Shown: one piece after another, positions 1-9,520 of the stretch
Position numbering within the stretch: position 1 is the first letter of the stretch
Layout: every line of letters starts with the position of its first letter
Virus record (IMG/VR): IMGVR_UViG_3300037882_003063
Location: 1-55,092 of that record
Strand: one strand, 5' to 3'
DNA from: a virus
Lineage: Duplodnaviria > Caudoviricetes
DNA length: 55,092 nt
The notes under the pieces: model-generated
The model's input: the letters and a program-made list of their open reading frames with translations, nothing else
Database searches by the model: none
What the model was told of the DNA's origin: nothing
Made by a program: the position numbers and the translations under genes

Positions 1-99
1 ACCAATAAAAATTTCTGACCCGTCTCGAGTTTCCGTTACAACGTAACCAATTTCTTTGGCAAGTTTAACTAAAAAAGTCCAGTCGTCTTGCCCTGTTTG
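1..99. repeat. 99-bp terminal direct repeat (circular assembly overlap)
   Basis: 1-99 is identical to 54994-55092, and one ORF reads through the junction, indicating a complete circular or permuted genome. Confidence 0.95.
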
Positions 100-1299
100 G
101 ACAATGCCTTTTCGCTCGACTTTTGACCTGTCGCTCTGACTCCTAGGAACGGTTGCAACAACTCCATCGGACACCAACCCCCGACCAACGTTTACAGGCG
201 GCTTAGAAGGCTCTACAGGCTGCACAGCCCCCTTGTCTTTACCAGCAGAAGCGGCATAGGTAATTGTTCCCCAATTCGCCACTGGTGTTAAGCGAACAGG
301 CAAGCCGCCGCCCAAGACATCAGTACCACGATTGACTACTGTGTTTTCGAGGACAAAGCCGTTACCAGCAATAACAAGATAAATACCAATATGCCCCCAA
401 GGGAGGGATACGCCTTCATTCCAAACAATGTCACCCGATTGTAATTGTCCTAAAGGTCTTGTGTAGCCTAGCCGTCTCGAGCTTTGGGCGTAATCATTTG
501 CGTTTGTGCCTTCAATACCATCAGCAACAGAAGTCACGTTCATCACATCACTTCGCACATCCCAAACGGCAGGGTTGCCATTCAGGGCATGACCGACCAC
601 GCAACGTACAAACTCAGCACACCAATTTACTTTGTACCTAGCCTGATAACTCAAGAAGCCAATTGTCGGGTCTGTCGCGCCCGTAGCATCAAGAACCTTG
701 TTGCAAGCATTGACCACAAGTTGATTTACTCGACTGGTAACACCAGCAGTCAAAGAAGGGCGCACAGGAAACTGGTTAGCGCTTTGATTTGGTTTTATTT
801 GTTCGCTATAAATAACCGTTGCTTTTGGTTCTGGTAGTTTCGCGTAGGCTTCTGCCCCAAAACGAACCTTGACATTGTGCCTAGCACAAACCTCGACAAA
901 AGCATCCGCATAAGTCTTCGCTTTTAGACGCTCAGTGTTCTTGCCTGACCTTCTGAGCTTTTGGCTCACACCATAAGCAGTTAAACGAAGTACCGCCCCG
1001 CTATCGGCTTCATCGTCATAATCAATATCCAAAACCTCAAGATTCTTGGCTCGAGTCGTAAAATTGCCGTTGTAACCCTCCTTGACCTCCGAGAAAACAA
1101 CCCCATGCGTCAATAGGTTACTGTTCATAACCTCTATTGCAATTTCACCGCTTAGCGTCAATTCATAAGTGAGCGTCTGACCAAACCCCGCCCTTTGGGT
1201 TAGTGAACTGCTTGGAAAATCTATTTTCCTGAGCGTTTTACCGTCCAGTAACAACACCTCAAAGTCAGGTAGCACGTAAGGGGGTAATTCGTAATTCAC
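1..1299 (-). CDS. Baseplate hub protein with inserted CHAP/NlpC-P60 domain, 5' part (continues at 54993..54298; ~664 aa total)
   Basis: Absent from the ORF track. GTG at 1299 overlaps the LysM gene stop (GTGA), and the frame is open to base 1 and continuous with 54298..54957. Contains NWCAEFV...GDIVW...WGHIGI and QTGQDDWTFLVKLAKEIGY; lies between LysM and spike genes. Confidence 0.85.
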   Translation of the reverse strand, partial: MNYELPPYVLPDFEVLLLDGKTLRKIDFPSSSLTQRAGFGQTLTYELTLSGEIAIEVMNSNLLTHGVVFSEVKEGYNGNFTTRAKNLEVLDIDYDDEADSGAVLRLTAYGVSQKLRRSGKNTERLKAKTYADAFVEVCARHNVKVRFGAEAYAKLPEPKATVIYSEQIKPNQSANQFPVRPSLTAGVTSRVNQLVVNACNKVLDATGATDPTIGFLSYQARYKVNWCAEFVRCVVGHALNGNPAVWDVRSDVMNVTSVADGIEGTNANDYAQSSRRLGYTRPLGQLQSGDIVWNEGVSLPWGHIGIYLVIAGNGFVLENTVVNRGTDVLGGGLPVRLTPVANWGTITYAASAGKDKGAVQPVEPSKPPVNVGRGLVSDGVVATVPRSQSDRSKVERKGIVQTGQDDWTFLVKLAKEIGYVVTETRDGSEIFIG

Positions 1300-1922
1300 T
1301 TGTTACCTCGATTCGGGACGTTAATAATCAATCCCACTCGAGGGCGCGGCGGTAAAGTACCATCATTCAAATCAGCAAGCTCCGTTAAGCTACAGTTAAA
1401 CTTCTTGCAAATCTTTTGAAGGTCGTCGCCCTGAACAACTGTGTACTTTCGTACTGGTTGAGAAGTGATTACCAGTCTACCGTCTTGTGTGTACTGCCTT
1501 ATGATGCTGTTGCTTATTTCAATAAAATTCCAAGAAAAAGCATAGGAAAAGTTGGTAAGCCGCCCCGCAGATTTACCAAGCGTGATTTTGTTCGTCGGCA
1601 TGTCAACAGGAAAGCCTGTGAAGGTGTCCTTGGTTTCTGCGCCCCAAGAAATAATTATCTCGTGAGGCTTCAAACCACTATCGGCTCGACCATAAGCCCT
1701 CAAAACCACGTCACGGTAAAACTGCTCACCTTCGTCACCATAAACCACGAGGGGGATTGACAATCTTCTCGCTCCTACCGCCAAAATTTGCACAATAGGT
1801 CTTGACCCGATAACAGGGAACTCTTTTACCGCTCGAGGGCGTTCAATGTTTATTTCCCCGTCAATCGGGTAAAACGGGATTGTCCCTAAATCGCCTGTAG
1901 TGATGTTTAGAATGCTAATCAT
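1296..1922 (-). CDS. LysM-domain tail tube initiator / baseplate protein
   Basis: C-terminal LysM motif KYTVVQGDDLQKICKKFNCSLTELADLN; follows the tape measure gene. Confidence 0.85.
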   Translation of the reverse strand: MISILNITTGDLGTIPFYPIDGEINIERPRAVKEFPVIGSRPIVQILAVGARRLSIPLVVYGDEGEQFYRDVVLRAYGRADSGLKPHEIIISWGAETKDTFTGFPVDMPTNKITLGKSAGRLTNFSYAFSWNFIEISNSIIRQYTQDGRLVITSQPVRKYTVVQGDDLQKICKKFNCSLTELADLNDGTLPPRPRVGLIINVPNRGNK

Positions 1923-4525
1923 TATCCATCCGCCTCTACAACTGTCAAGCCCCTCTTGTTATTTTCGGCTCGTGCGACCATTGTACTACTCTGCTGTTGC
2001 AATTGCTGTACAACTCTTTGCGGGTCAGAACCGTTAATTGTCACCTCAAAGTTATTTGTTTGGGCGTTAGAGTAGCTATTATTAGCGGCTGCCGTCTGCA
2101 TACTGTCAACCGAAGCCGCCGCGTTACCAATAGCGGTTACGTTCCCTGATATTGGGGCTTGGCTGAAAATACCAAGTGGGTTGAATCCGCCGCTAAACAA
2201 CTCTTTTAAGTGCTTACCAATAAATGAGTCTTCGACAGCCGAACCGATAGCGCCAAAAACATCACTGGCTATCTTGCCCATCTGACCAAAGAAGTCAGCA
2301 ACTTTCCCAATCCAATCAAAGAGCGTCATCATTACGATGATAACAGGCTCGACGGCTTGCCCGATTCCAGTGAACATATTCCCTAGGTCTTGGGCTATCA
2401 ATGCAGCAAACGAAGGGATAACTTGGGTGAGCATGAATTGAATAAATGGCGCGAAGATATTTCCCCAAAGCCAACCAACGACTTGCCCAATGACCTCAAA
2501 GCCGTGAGCCATGCCGTCAATAAGTGGTTGATTCTGTGTTATCCAGTTTGCTATGCCTTGAGATACCTCACCGAAAACACCACCGAAGATGCTAACGATT
2601 TGCATTGCCCCGTCAAAGACCCATCCAATGACCTCACCAAAGAAGGGTATGACGTTTTGGGATAACCAATCAAAGCTCTGAACGATAATCGGCACAACAT
2701 TGTTAGCGATAAACCCAACAAACTGCATCAGGGCGGGTACAGCATCAATCAACAGAACATCAATAATCGCTGAAAATGTCGGGTATAAGGCATCAAAGAG
2801 TGAACTGGCTACCCTGCCCCCCGCGTTCACAAGTTCAAAGAATGCGGGTACAACAGTCTCGAGGATAAAAGAGCCAACTTGTAACGCAACAGGGGCTATC
2901 TTTGAAAACGTTTCCCAAATTGCCTGACCAATAGGCATGAAGGCAACGCGAAGCCCCATAAGGGTTTGGACAGCAGCGCCTAGGCTCGTTACTATTGCCG
3001 CGCCAAGCTGCGCTAACTCAGGGCTGTTAAGAATCCCAACAATGGTCTGAGCAATCTCTTGGTAGTAGCTCGAGAGTGCAGCGAAGTCAAAACCTCCGAT
3101 GGTTTGGAATAAGCCATTGAATGCGCCCCCAACTGAATCAAAGAAACTTGTGAGGTCTATTCCTGAAAGAATATCAAAGATTGACTGTGCGAAGCCGCCC
3201 AGGGAATTTAAGGCGCTCGAGAAGTCTAGGCTCGAGAAAACACTGCCAACATAAAGCGCAAAGCCGCCTAGAGTGTTTAGGAAGCTCGAGAAGTCTAGGC
3301 TCGAGAAAACACTGCCAACATAAAGCGCAAAGCCGCCTAGAGTGTTTAGGAAGCTCGAGAAGTCCACTTTTGAGAGGCTGTCAGAAAAAAAACCAAGGGT
3401 TTTAACTGCGAAGTCTGCGAAATCACCGAGCATCTTCGAGAACGGGCTAAAGTCGGTTGATGCAATCAGTTTCGTGGCGAAACTTAATCCCTCCCATATA
3501 ACCTTAATCGTTGGGGCGATAAAGCCGTTATAGATTTTAGAAAAAGCCTTTCCGAATTCGACCAAGAACGGTATGCCGTTCGTGTACGCCCATTTCAGAG
3601 CCTTGGCTATGTCCTCACCCATCTCTGTTAAGTTTGCTCGAATGTTCAAAGCGGTTTTTGACAGTGAGCCGTCAGCAGTTATCAGGCTGTCACGAATATC
3701 CATCATGACCGTTTTTATAAACTCGAATGACGGTTCACCAATAATCTGCCGCCCCATGTCCATGAATTCCTGCATGGTCGAGGACAAACCCGCCCATGAG
3801 TTACCCTGTTCTTTAATCATGGTATCAGGCGCATACTTTTTCATGAATTCCATGACCATGCTTAAACGCTCAGGAGCGCCAAGGGCTTTGAATGCGTTAG
3901 TCCCGCCAATGTCCTCGACCATCTTGTTAAAGCCCCGTGTGTAAAGTTGAATGTCCATACCAACCTCACCACGGATAAGACGGGCTGCATCTCGAGCCGT
4001 TTGTGCAATGTCACCACCCATAAGGGTTGTGCCTACGCTCACAGCGCGGTTTGTGAATTCGGCAAACTTATCAAGCTCACCACCCGCCTGAGTGAACGCC
4101 CCAATGGTCGTCGCCGCAACCCCAAGGCGGTCATTAGTCGTCCCTGCCCCCACAAGCGCGTCTCTTCGGAACTGTTCAACAAGTTTGTTACTGATTAGCA
4201 TTGATTCATTAAACTTGTCTTGTTCATTTAGCAAACCACCACGGGCATTGCGAAGCTCGAGCGTGGCGTTTAGGAGTGAGGTCATCGTAAAAGTTTGCGC
4301 TTCAATCTGCGCGTTCACTTCAATACCAGAGCCTACAATGGCATCAAAAGCGCTCTTGACCCCATAAGCAATTGCTTGACTGGTATACATAACACTATTA
4401 AATTGTTGCGCCCCTCGAGCAATGGAGTCAAAAGCGCCTGAGAAACCACCAGCGCCAAGCCCCGTCATTGACTGGGTTAAATTTACTCCTACGTTCATGA
4501 TATTCATAGTTAAATTATACGCCAC
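1922..4525 (-). CDS. Tail tape measure protein
   Basis: 867 aa, Ala/Gly/Phe-rich amphipathic repeats, downstream of the tail chaperones. Confidence 0.9.
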   Translation of the reverse strand: MAYNLTMNIMNVGVNLTQSMTGLGAGGFSGAFDSIARGAQQFNSVMYTSQAIAYGVKSAFDAIVGSGIEVNAQIEAQTFTMTSLLNATLELRNARGGLLNEQDKFNESMLISNKLVEQFRRDALVGAGTTNDRLGVAATTIGAFTQAGGELDKFAEFTNRAVSVGTTLMGGDIAQTARDAARLIRGEVGMDIQLYTRGFNKMVEDIGGTNAFKALGAPERLSMVMEFMKKYAPDTMIKEQGNSWAGLSSTMQEFMDMGRQIIGEPSFEFIKTVMMDIRDSLITADGSLSKTALNIRANLTEMGEDIAKALKWAYTNGIPFLVEFGKAFSKIYNGFIAPTIKVIWEGLSFATKLIASTDFSPFSKMLGDFADFAVKTLGFFSDSLSKVDFSSFLNTLGGFALYVGSVFSSLDFSSFLNTLGGFALYVGSVFSSLDFSSALNSLGGFAQSIFDILSGIDLTSFFDSVGGAFNGLFQTIGGFDFAALSSYYQEIAQTIVGILNSPELAQLGAAIVTSLGAAVQTLMGLRVAFMPIGQAIWETFSKIAPVALQVGSFILETVVPAFFELVNAGGRVASSLFDALYPTFSAIIDVLLIDAVPALMQFVGFIANNVVPIIVQSFDWLSQNVIPFFGEVIGWVFDGAMQIVSIFGGVFGEVSQGIANWITQNQPLIDGMAHGFEVIGQVVGWLWGNIFAPFIQFMLTQVIPSFAALIAQDLGNMFTGIGQAVEPVIIVMMTLFDWIGKVADFFGQMGKIASDVFGAIGSAVEDSFIGKHLKELFSGGFNPLGIFSQAPISGNVTAIGNAAASVDSMQTAAANNSYSNAQTNNFEVTINGSDPQRVVQQLQQQSSTMVARAENNKRGLTVVEADG
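3216..3364. repeat. Perfect 69-bp tandem duplication in the tape measure gene
   Basis: Units start at 3216, 3285 and 3354 (partial), each beginning CTCGAG; encodes DFSSFLNTLGGFALYVGSVFSSL twice. Confidence 0.95.
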
Positions 4526-4537
4526 AAGGCGGCGCAG

Positions 4538-4738
4538 TTACCGCCGCCGCCGCCCCGCCAACTCTGCTAAATCTTTCCGCTCCTGCGCCGCCCTCTCTTC
4601 TGATTCATGAAGCTCGAGAATCGCATCCCGAATCCATCTTAAGGACTTCCTTGAAACATCAAAAGAATAGGATTTTGATAAAATCCGCATTGCCCTAACT
4701 AGGCTTCGGTAGGCTGCTCTACCTTCGAGGTTAAAGGG
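4538..4738 (-). CDS. Tail assembly chaperone GT extension (-1 programmed frameshift)
   Basis: Slippery heptamer C CCT TTA (4738-4732) in the correct phase; the -1 frame is open for 66 codons to TAA at 4538, just before the tape measure gene (lambda G/GT arrangement). Confidence 0.8.
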   Translation of the reverse strand, partial: PFNLEGRAAYRSLVRAMRILSKSYSFDVSRKSLRWIRDAILELHESEERAAQERKDLAELAGRRRR

Positions 4739-5121
4739 GTTTCACCAAACCTTAGACTCTTAAGCCATTGTGTGACACTATCGGGTGTATCTTTAATGGG
4801 GTTTGCCAGCAACGCCTTTACCGCGACTTGTTGCGCTTGCTCAGGGCTTGTAGCATTCATGCTTTCGGCTACACGAATAAGAAGCCTTAAGTCCCTAAAG
4901 GGCATCTTGTTCCACTCCGAACGCTCGAGACCACGCCAACCCGCCCCATCTGGAACATAGGTCATGCGCCTAGTTGTGTGGTGCATGGCATGAATCGCCA
5001 CTTCTTGCGAATCGGCTTGCGCCTCCATTGCTGTTGCCCCGCTAGGTTCAACAATCATGTACTTAATTCCCTTAATTTCCACGACTTCACGTATCAAACT
5101 TGGGTCATCAATATCTCTCAT
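4699..5121 (-). CDS. Tail assembly chaperone G
   Basis: Between tube and tape measure genes; RBS GAGGTG before ATG at 5121. Confidence 0.75.
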   Translation of the reverse strand: MRDIDDPSLIREVVEIKGIKYMIVEPSGATAMEAQADSQEVAIHAMHHTTRRMTYVPDGAGWRGLERSEWNKMPFRDLRLLIRVAESMNATSPEQAQQVAVKALLANPIKDTPDSVTQWLKSLRFGETPLTSKVEQPTEA

Positions 5122-5142
5122 TACTATCACCTCGAGCGCAGT

Positions 5143-5178
5143 ATAAACAAACTATGCGCCCATGTAAAGGCGCATAGT
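5143..5178 (-). terminator. Probable intrinsic terminator after the tail tube gene
   Basis: ACTATGCGCC / GGCGCATAGT 10-bp stem followed by TTGTTT on the minus strand. Confidence 0.6.
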
Positions 5179-5195
5179 ATCTTGCAAGGTAAAGT

Positions 5196-5714
5196 TTAGA
5201 GTAAAGCGTTGCCGCCCTCTCGAGCCGTGTACTTATCATCATCAATATCGGTGTAGACCCATTTGATGGTGAACGAACGCGGGTTAGTGCTGCCCATATC
5301 GCCTTTAATGGCACTGACTGACGCGGGAAAGCATTGTTTGTAAACACGTAAAAGTGTTTGTCGGGTTAAGAGAGCATCCGAATACCAAGCGAGTGTCAAG
5401 ACCCCTCGACGCTCCGTTTCGGATTTGCCTTTGTATGTCCCTCGAGCCAAAGAAACTTCTGTGACAAGTTGGTGCAACGGCTCAAGGAAAATGTTGTTCT
5501 TAACCTTGTCGTGGTGAGTCGTGGTTATCGGCTCGAGTTCGTAAGCCCCGCTATGCTCCTCGACCATCGTTGCGGGAGCGCCGCCCCGTGCCGCCTGTGG
5601 TACTGACCGCATAAGCGGGTTTACTGAGCCGCCGTCATGCGACATATAACTGGCAAATTCACGGGCTGTCGCATTGCCGATGCTGTAAGTCATTAAGACA
5701 AATGCCTCATTCAT
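5196..5714 (-). CDS. Tail tube protein
   Basis: 172 aa directly after the sheath gene (TAATG coupling); C-terminal YKQCFPASVS motif typical of tube proteins. Confidence 0.75.
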   Translation of the reverse strand: MNEAFVLMTYSIGNATAREFASYMSHDGGSVNPLMRSVPQAARGGAPATMVEEHSGAYELEPITTTHHDKVKNNIFLEPLHQLVTEVSLARGTYKGKSETERRGVLTLAWYSDALLTRQTLLRVYKQCFPASVSAIKGDMGSTNPRSFTIKWVYTDIDDDKYTAREGGNALL

Positions 5715-7834
5715 TATTGACCACCTCCTACAGTTTTCTGAGCGCTACTAAACCGACCTTCAACCCTACCGATTTCAATGATGATTCGACGGGCTACACC
5801 AGCAAAGAGCAAGCCAAGTCGGAAGAAGGGCATTGTCTCACCAGCCTCTTCAACAGTATCGCCATCCCAATCCCAACCGATGCCCTTACCACCCGCCAAG
5901 AGGGTGTTAGGGTACTTATCAAACAGGTCGCTGATTTGACCAGCAATACGATTAAGCGAGTCCTGCGAAATAGGACTGATTTGCCCATTGACTTTTCTGG
6001 CAAATGGATAAGCATTCTTAAGTCGTACATGAAAATCAATCCAGTCAACAATGTCCTGAACCACCATATCCATTGCAACGACCATGCCCCATTGTTGGTA
6101 AGTGTTGGTCTTGTCAAGCGTCAACACGTCACCAATCACAACACCAGAGCCTACACTGCTCGAGTCTCGCATGTAAATCGGATTGACACGGGCTTTGGCG
6201 TACTTCTTTTTGTCATCTTCTGACAAACCATCAGCGTACAACCAACCAGTTATTTCTTCATTTGCCCCTGTGAGGTTCACGCTACCCTTGGTTTGCAACC
6301 AAGATAAAGCGGCTTGAGAAGTGACCCCGCCGATTAAGCTCAAACGCCGTGTAGTGGCATTAGAACGCTGTCCAGCCCCCTTGAAGACTGATAGGCGGTG
6401 ACGGTTACTGGTGAAGAGTTCTGTGTACGTTTCGTTCGCTTCGGGCGTTGTCCCATCCGCTAAGGCTTGCAGAATCATCCAACGCTGTGACGCGCCAATG
6501 TCCATAAGCGATTGTACTTGGGCTTGAGGAGCGGTTGAATCAACCACAATCACAGCGCGGCGCAAGCCTGTGTTTTGTAATGCGGTGACTGCTGCTGTCC
6601 AGTCACCAGCAATCGGGGCGGCTGCATTCGTGCCACCAGCCAAGGCGTACACTCCAAGCTCAGGTTCATCCACCACTGTGTAGCCAGTATCCGCAAAGCT
6701 GTCAGACAGGATAATTGGTAAACCTTGGGCGTTGAATTTGGCTATGAAGTAATCACTTGAGGCAGGGTTAGCATTGCCATAAACAACGCTTTCAAGCTCG
6801 ACTTCGCCCGTGATTCGGTTTTTGTAATAAACTTTGCTGTCCACGCGGCTCGAGGCTGTACTTTGTTGCCCCGCTTCGACCACAAAATCATAACTGTTTC
6901 CTGCTGTTGACGGGTAACGCCATGTGGCGCGGTAACGGGCATTACCGACCACGGCGCTGTCTTCAATCAGTGCTGTCTGAGCGGGAGCGCCGCCCGTGCC
7001 GATTACTCGACCCGCGTAAATGTCACCAACGGATGCCATTTCAAAGTGTGATTTGACAATATCCAAGATGCCCGTTGAGGCTCTTGGGTATCCATACTTT
7101 TTAATCAGGTCACTTGTTGAAAAAATGCTTTTGATTGCATTCTGACCGTTCAGAGTTGCCCCGTCTGGAAAGTCACCAATAAAAACGAACTTTGCGCCGC
7201 GTGATGCTCGAGCGGGGGCGGGTGCTGCTGATTCAATAACTCGCGTCTCTGATGGTTGCGTCATACTGCCTCCTTGTGTTGGCGGGGGGGGTGTGGTCGT
7301 GGTCGAGCCGCTAACTGATAAAGAGTATACAAGACCGACCTCAGTTAAATTGCTAGGTAAAACCGTGAATGCCAATTCGATAAGCCCTGTGACCATTGTT
7401 GCGGCTTCGGCTTCGTCAATCGCTACGCTGTCAATGACTGTATCGGTTGCACTTCTTAACTGAAAAGTCCTCGAGCCGATAGTGCCATAAAGCCCTGCCT
7501 TAAGTTTTGTCCCTGCCGTTTCGGTGTGAGCGAACGGGTAAGAATCACCAAGAATCGTCAAGGTGAGTGTGTCGGGTGTAATCTCAAGTTCTGAATTGCT
7601 AAGCCCAAGGGTGATTGTGCCGTCAACAGTGTTTGAGTAAACAATCTCAAAGCTGTTGAGATTGTAACTAAACACCGCCCCATCCTTCATTAAGCCTAAC
7701 GGGGCTGTGCTGTTAGGGTCTAGCTCGAGACCGTCAGCCACAATAGAGTAATCACCGCGATTTACAAGGGTATCACTTCGGGTGTACCCGCTAAGCGCCC
7801 CAATGGTCATGGTCTCGAAATTATCGGTAAACAT
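5714..7834 (-). CDS. Tail sheath protein with N-terminal beta-rich extra domain; internal in-frame start at 7264
   Basis: Sheath-like motifs (FIGDFPDG, IFSTSDLIKKYG, YPSTAGN, ARVNPI); AAGGAGG-N4-ATG at 7264 after a Thr/Pro linker. Confidence 0.85.
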   Translation of the reverse strand: MFTDNFETMTIGALSGYTRSDTLVNRGDYSIVADGLELDPNSTAPLGLMKDGAVFSYNLNSFEIVYSNTVDGTITLGLSNSELEITPDTLTLTILGDSYPFAHTETAGTKLKAGLYGTIGSRTFQLRSATDTVIDSVAIDEAEAATMVTGLIELAFTVLPSNLTEVGLVYSLSVSGSTTTTPPPPTQGGSMTQPSETRVIESAAPAPARASRGAKFVFIGDFPDGATLNGQNAIKSIFSTSDLIKKYGYPRASTGILDIVKSHFEMASVGDIYAGRVIGTGGAPAQTALIEDSAVVGNARYRATWRYPSTAGNSYDFVVEAGQQSTASSRVDSKVYYKNRITGEVELESVVYGNANPASSDYFIAKFNAQGLPIILSDSFADTGYTVVDEPELGVYALAGGTNAAAPIAGDWTAAVTALQNTGLRRAVIVVDSTAPQAQVQSLMDIGASQRWMILQALADGTTPEANETYTELFTSNRHRLSVFKGAGQRSNATTRRLSLIGGVTSQAALSWLQTKGSVNLTGANEEITGWLYADGLSEDDKKKYAKARVNPIYMRDSSSVGSGVVIGDVLTLDKTNTYQQWGMVVAMDMVVQDIVDWIDFHVRLKNAYPFARKVNGQISPISQDSLNRIAGQISDLFDKYPNTLLAGGKGIGWDWDGDTVEEAGETMPFFRLGLLFAGVARRIIIEIGRVEGRFSSAQKTVGGGQ

Positions 7835-7846
7835 CTCTTGCCTCCT

Positions 7847-8536
7847 TTATTCAATAATAAGCAATTCTTGCTTATCAGTTAAAGTTACCACGGGGTAAGT
7901 GTCTAAATCTGGCATTGGTTCGCCAACACCGCCCGTCACCAAAGCGACTTCCTTGGCTGTGTTAGCCTCCACAAAACCGATACCGTCAAGGAGTGGGTAA
8001 GTGATAAGGTAGCGCAAAACAACATGAATCTGCGCCTGATACTCGAAAGAAGACGGGCTTCCAATCAGTTTCGTGACGAAACCACGACTGACACCATCAT
8101 GGATTAGACTTCGCTCCTCACGCTCAGCCCCAAGGACACCCATTAGCTTGCTTTGATTTCTGATGTAAAGACGGTTGACGCTTATTTTGCCGTGGCGTTG
8201 GGCAGCATCACGAGTTTCACGCAACACAAGATGCAGCTTTACCTCATGGTCTACATATTGAAGCATCTGTTCAATTATCAGAGTGCCTAACGTACTCGAG
8301 ACTTCGCGTTTTTCTCTTAAGTCTTTCGCTTGCCCTTCGCTTGGTAAGGGTACTTCAAAGTAATCAATCCCAACCCGAAGCGGGATTTTTTGCCCGTCTT
8401 GGTCAGGGTTCACCATGCCATACGTGACAATACGACCATTAAGCCCGTCTAATAAGTACCTGTCAGGCGGGTCAAACATATAAAGACCAGCCGCATAAAT
8501 ACGACTCTTGATAAAATCTAGGATACTTTCAAACAT
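7847..8536 (-). CDS. Putative tail terminator / neck protein
   Basis: Synteny only: last neck gene before the sheath. Confidence 0.5.
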   Translation of the reverse strand: MFESILDFIKSRIYAAGLYMFDPPDRYLLDGLNGRIVTYGMVNPDQDGQKIPLRVGIDYFEVPLPSEGQAKDLREKREVSSTLGTLIIEQMLQYVDHEVKLHLVLRETRDAAQRHGKISVNRLYIRNQSKLMGVLGAEREERSLIHDGVSRGFVTKLIGSPSSFEYQAQIHVVLRYLITYPLLDGIGFVEANTAKEVALVTGGVGEPMPDLDTYPVVTLTDKQELLIIE

Positions 8537-9131
8537 GACTAAACGCCCTTATGATAGCAGTTTGATACAACCCTCTGAACTCTGGCAAAAGAGCTTTTGC
8601 TACTGGAATTATAATACCTCTTTGCGGGACTCCAATTCCGAATTCATGGGCAAGCATATACGGGAAATTATTAGCGTCATCCGTTCGGGCATCAACACCA
8701 ACATAAATGATTTTTGATGATTGAACAAATTGCCTGAGCGACCCGACTGCTTTACCGCTTGCAATCAGAATCCTACTATCAAGCCCCTCACTGATTTTCT
8801 GGCTTAGGTACTCAGGCGAAAGAGCTTCCCAACCAAGTCTCTGCCCAAGCCAAAACTTTTTTAGATTTTCCTCGTAAAGTTGCGCCGCATCCCTATTAGC
8901 CAAAATAAGGTTAGCGTTCACTCGAGCCTGCAAGCCGTCAAAGTAGCTTGCAAGTTGCGCCCAGTTGCCTGTGAGCCTAGCCTTTGGGTTTGCTCTGAGC
9001 GTTCGGTGTGCATTTCTGATTGAAGCGGCTGTTCTTGCAGCCCAAGGCATTCTTTGGATTGAAACCTTAAACTCGGTTGCTAAGTACAACCCGTCAGGGG
9101 CTTGACGTGTGAACGTTTGCGCGAAGCTCAT
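8529..9131 (-). CDS. Putative neck / tail completion protein (HK97 gp10-like)
   Basis: WEALSPEY, LIASG, HEFG and PQR motifs typical of virion morphogenesis proteins; synteny. Confidence 0.65.
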   Translation of the reverse strand: MSFAQTFTRQAPDGLYLATEFKVSIQRMPWAARTAASIRNAHRTLRANPKARLTGNWAQLASYFDGLQARVNANLILANRDAAQLYEENLKKFWLGQRLGWEALSPEYLSQKISEGLDSRILIASGKAVGSLRQFVQSSKIIYVGVDARTDDANNFPYMLAHEFGIGVPQRGIIIPVAKALLPEFRGLYQTAIIRAFSHV

Positions 9132-9520
9132 AAGTGCCTACCCACGAGACAATCAAACCGAATCACCCCCTCACCTCTAATCAAAGGTTTGACATAAATC
9201 ACGTCAAAGGTTTGATTCACTTGAGGGATATAAAACGACCCGTTAGCAGAGGGCTGACAGTCTTCTGCTAGGACTCTGATAAGTGCTAACGTACCAGTCC
9301 TAAAAGCGCTCGAGTCACCGTAGGCTGTAACCTCTTGAGGGTTTGGTGTCATGTCAATCGCCGCCCTGACGGTCTGACCCGCTAACTCGAGTCCTCCGAC
9401 TGTCTCACCAAAACTATTCACGGTTTCACCGATTCGAGGAGGCTTATAAATCACATCCGCCCCATTGCGCCTAAAGGTGCGTTTTAGGTGAGGCAGTACG
9501 CGGCTAAAATTAGTAACCAT
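9128..9520 (-). CDS. Putative head closure (stopper) protein
   Basis: ~130 aa, beta-rich; second gene of the head-tail cluster. Confidence 0.55.
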   Translation of the reverse strand: MVTNFSRVLPHLKRTFRRNGADVIYKPPRIGETVNSFGETVGGLELAGQTVRAAIDMTPNPQEVTAYGDSSAFRTGTLALIRVLAEDCQPSANGSFYIPQVNQTFDVIYVKPLIRGEGVIRFDCLVGRHL

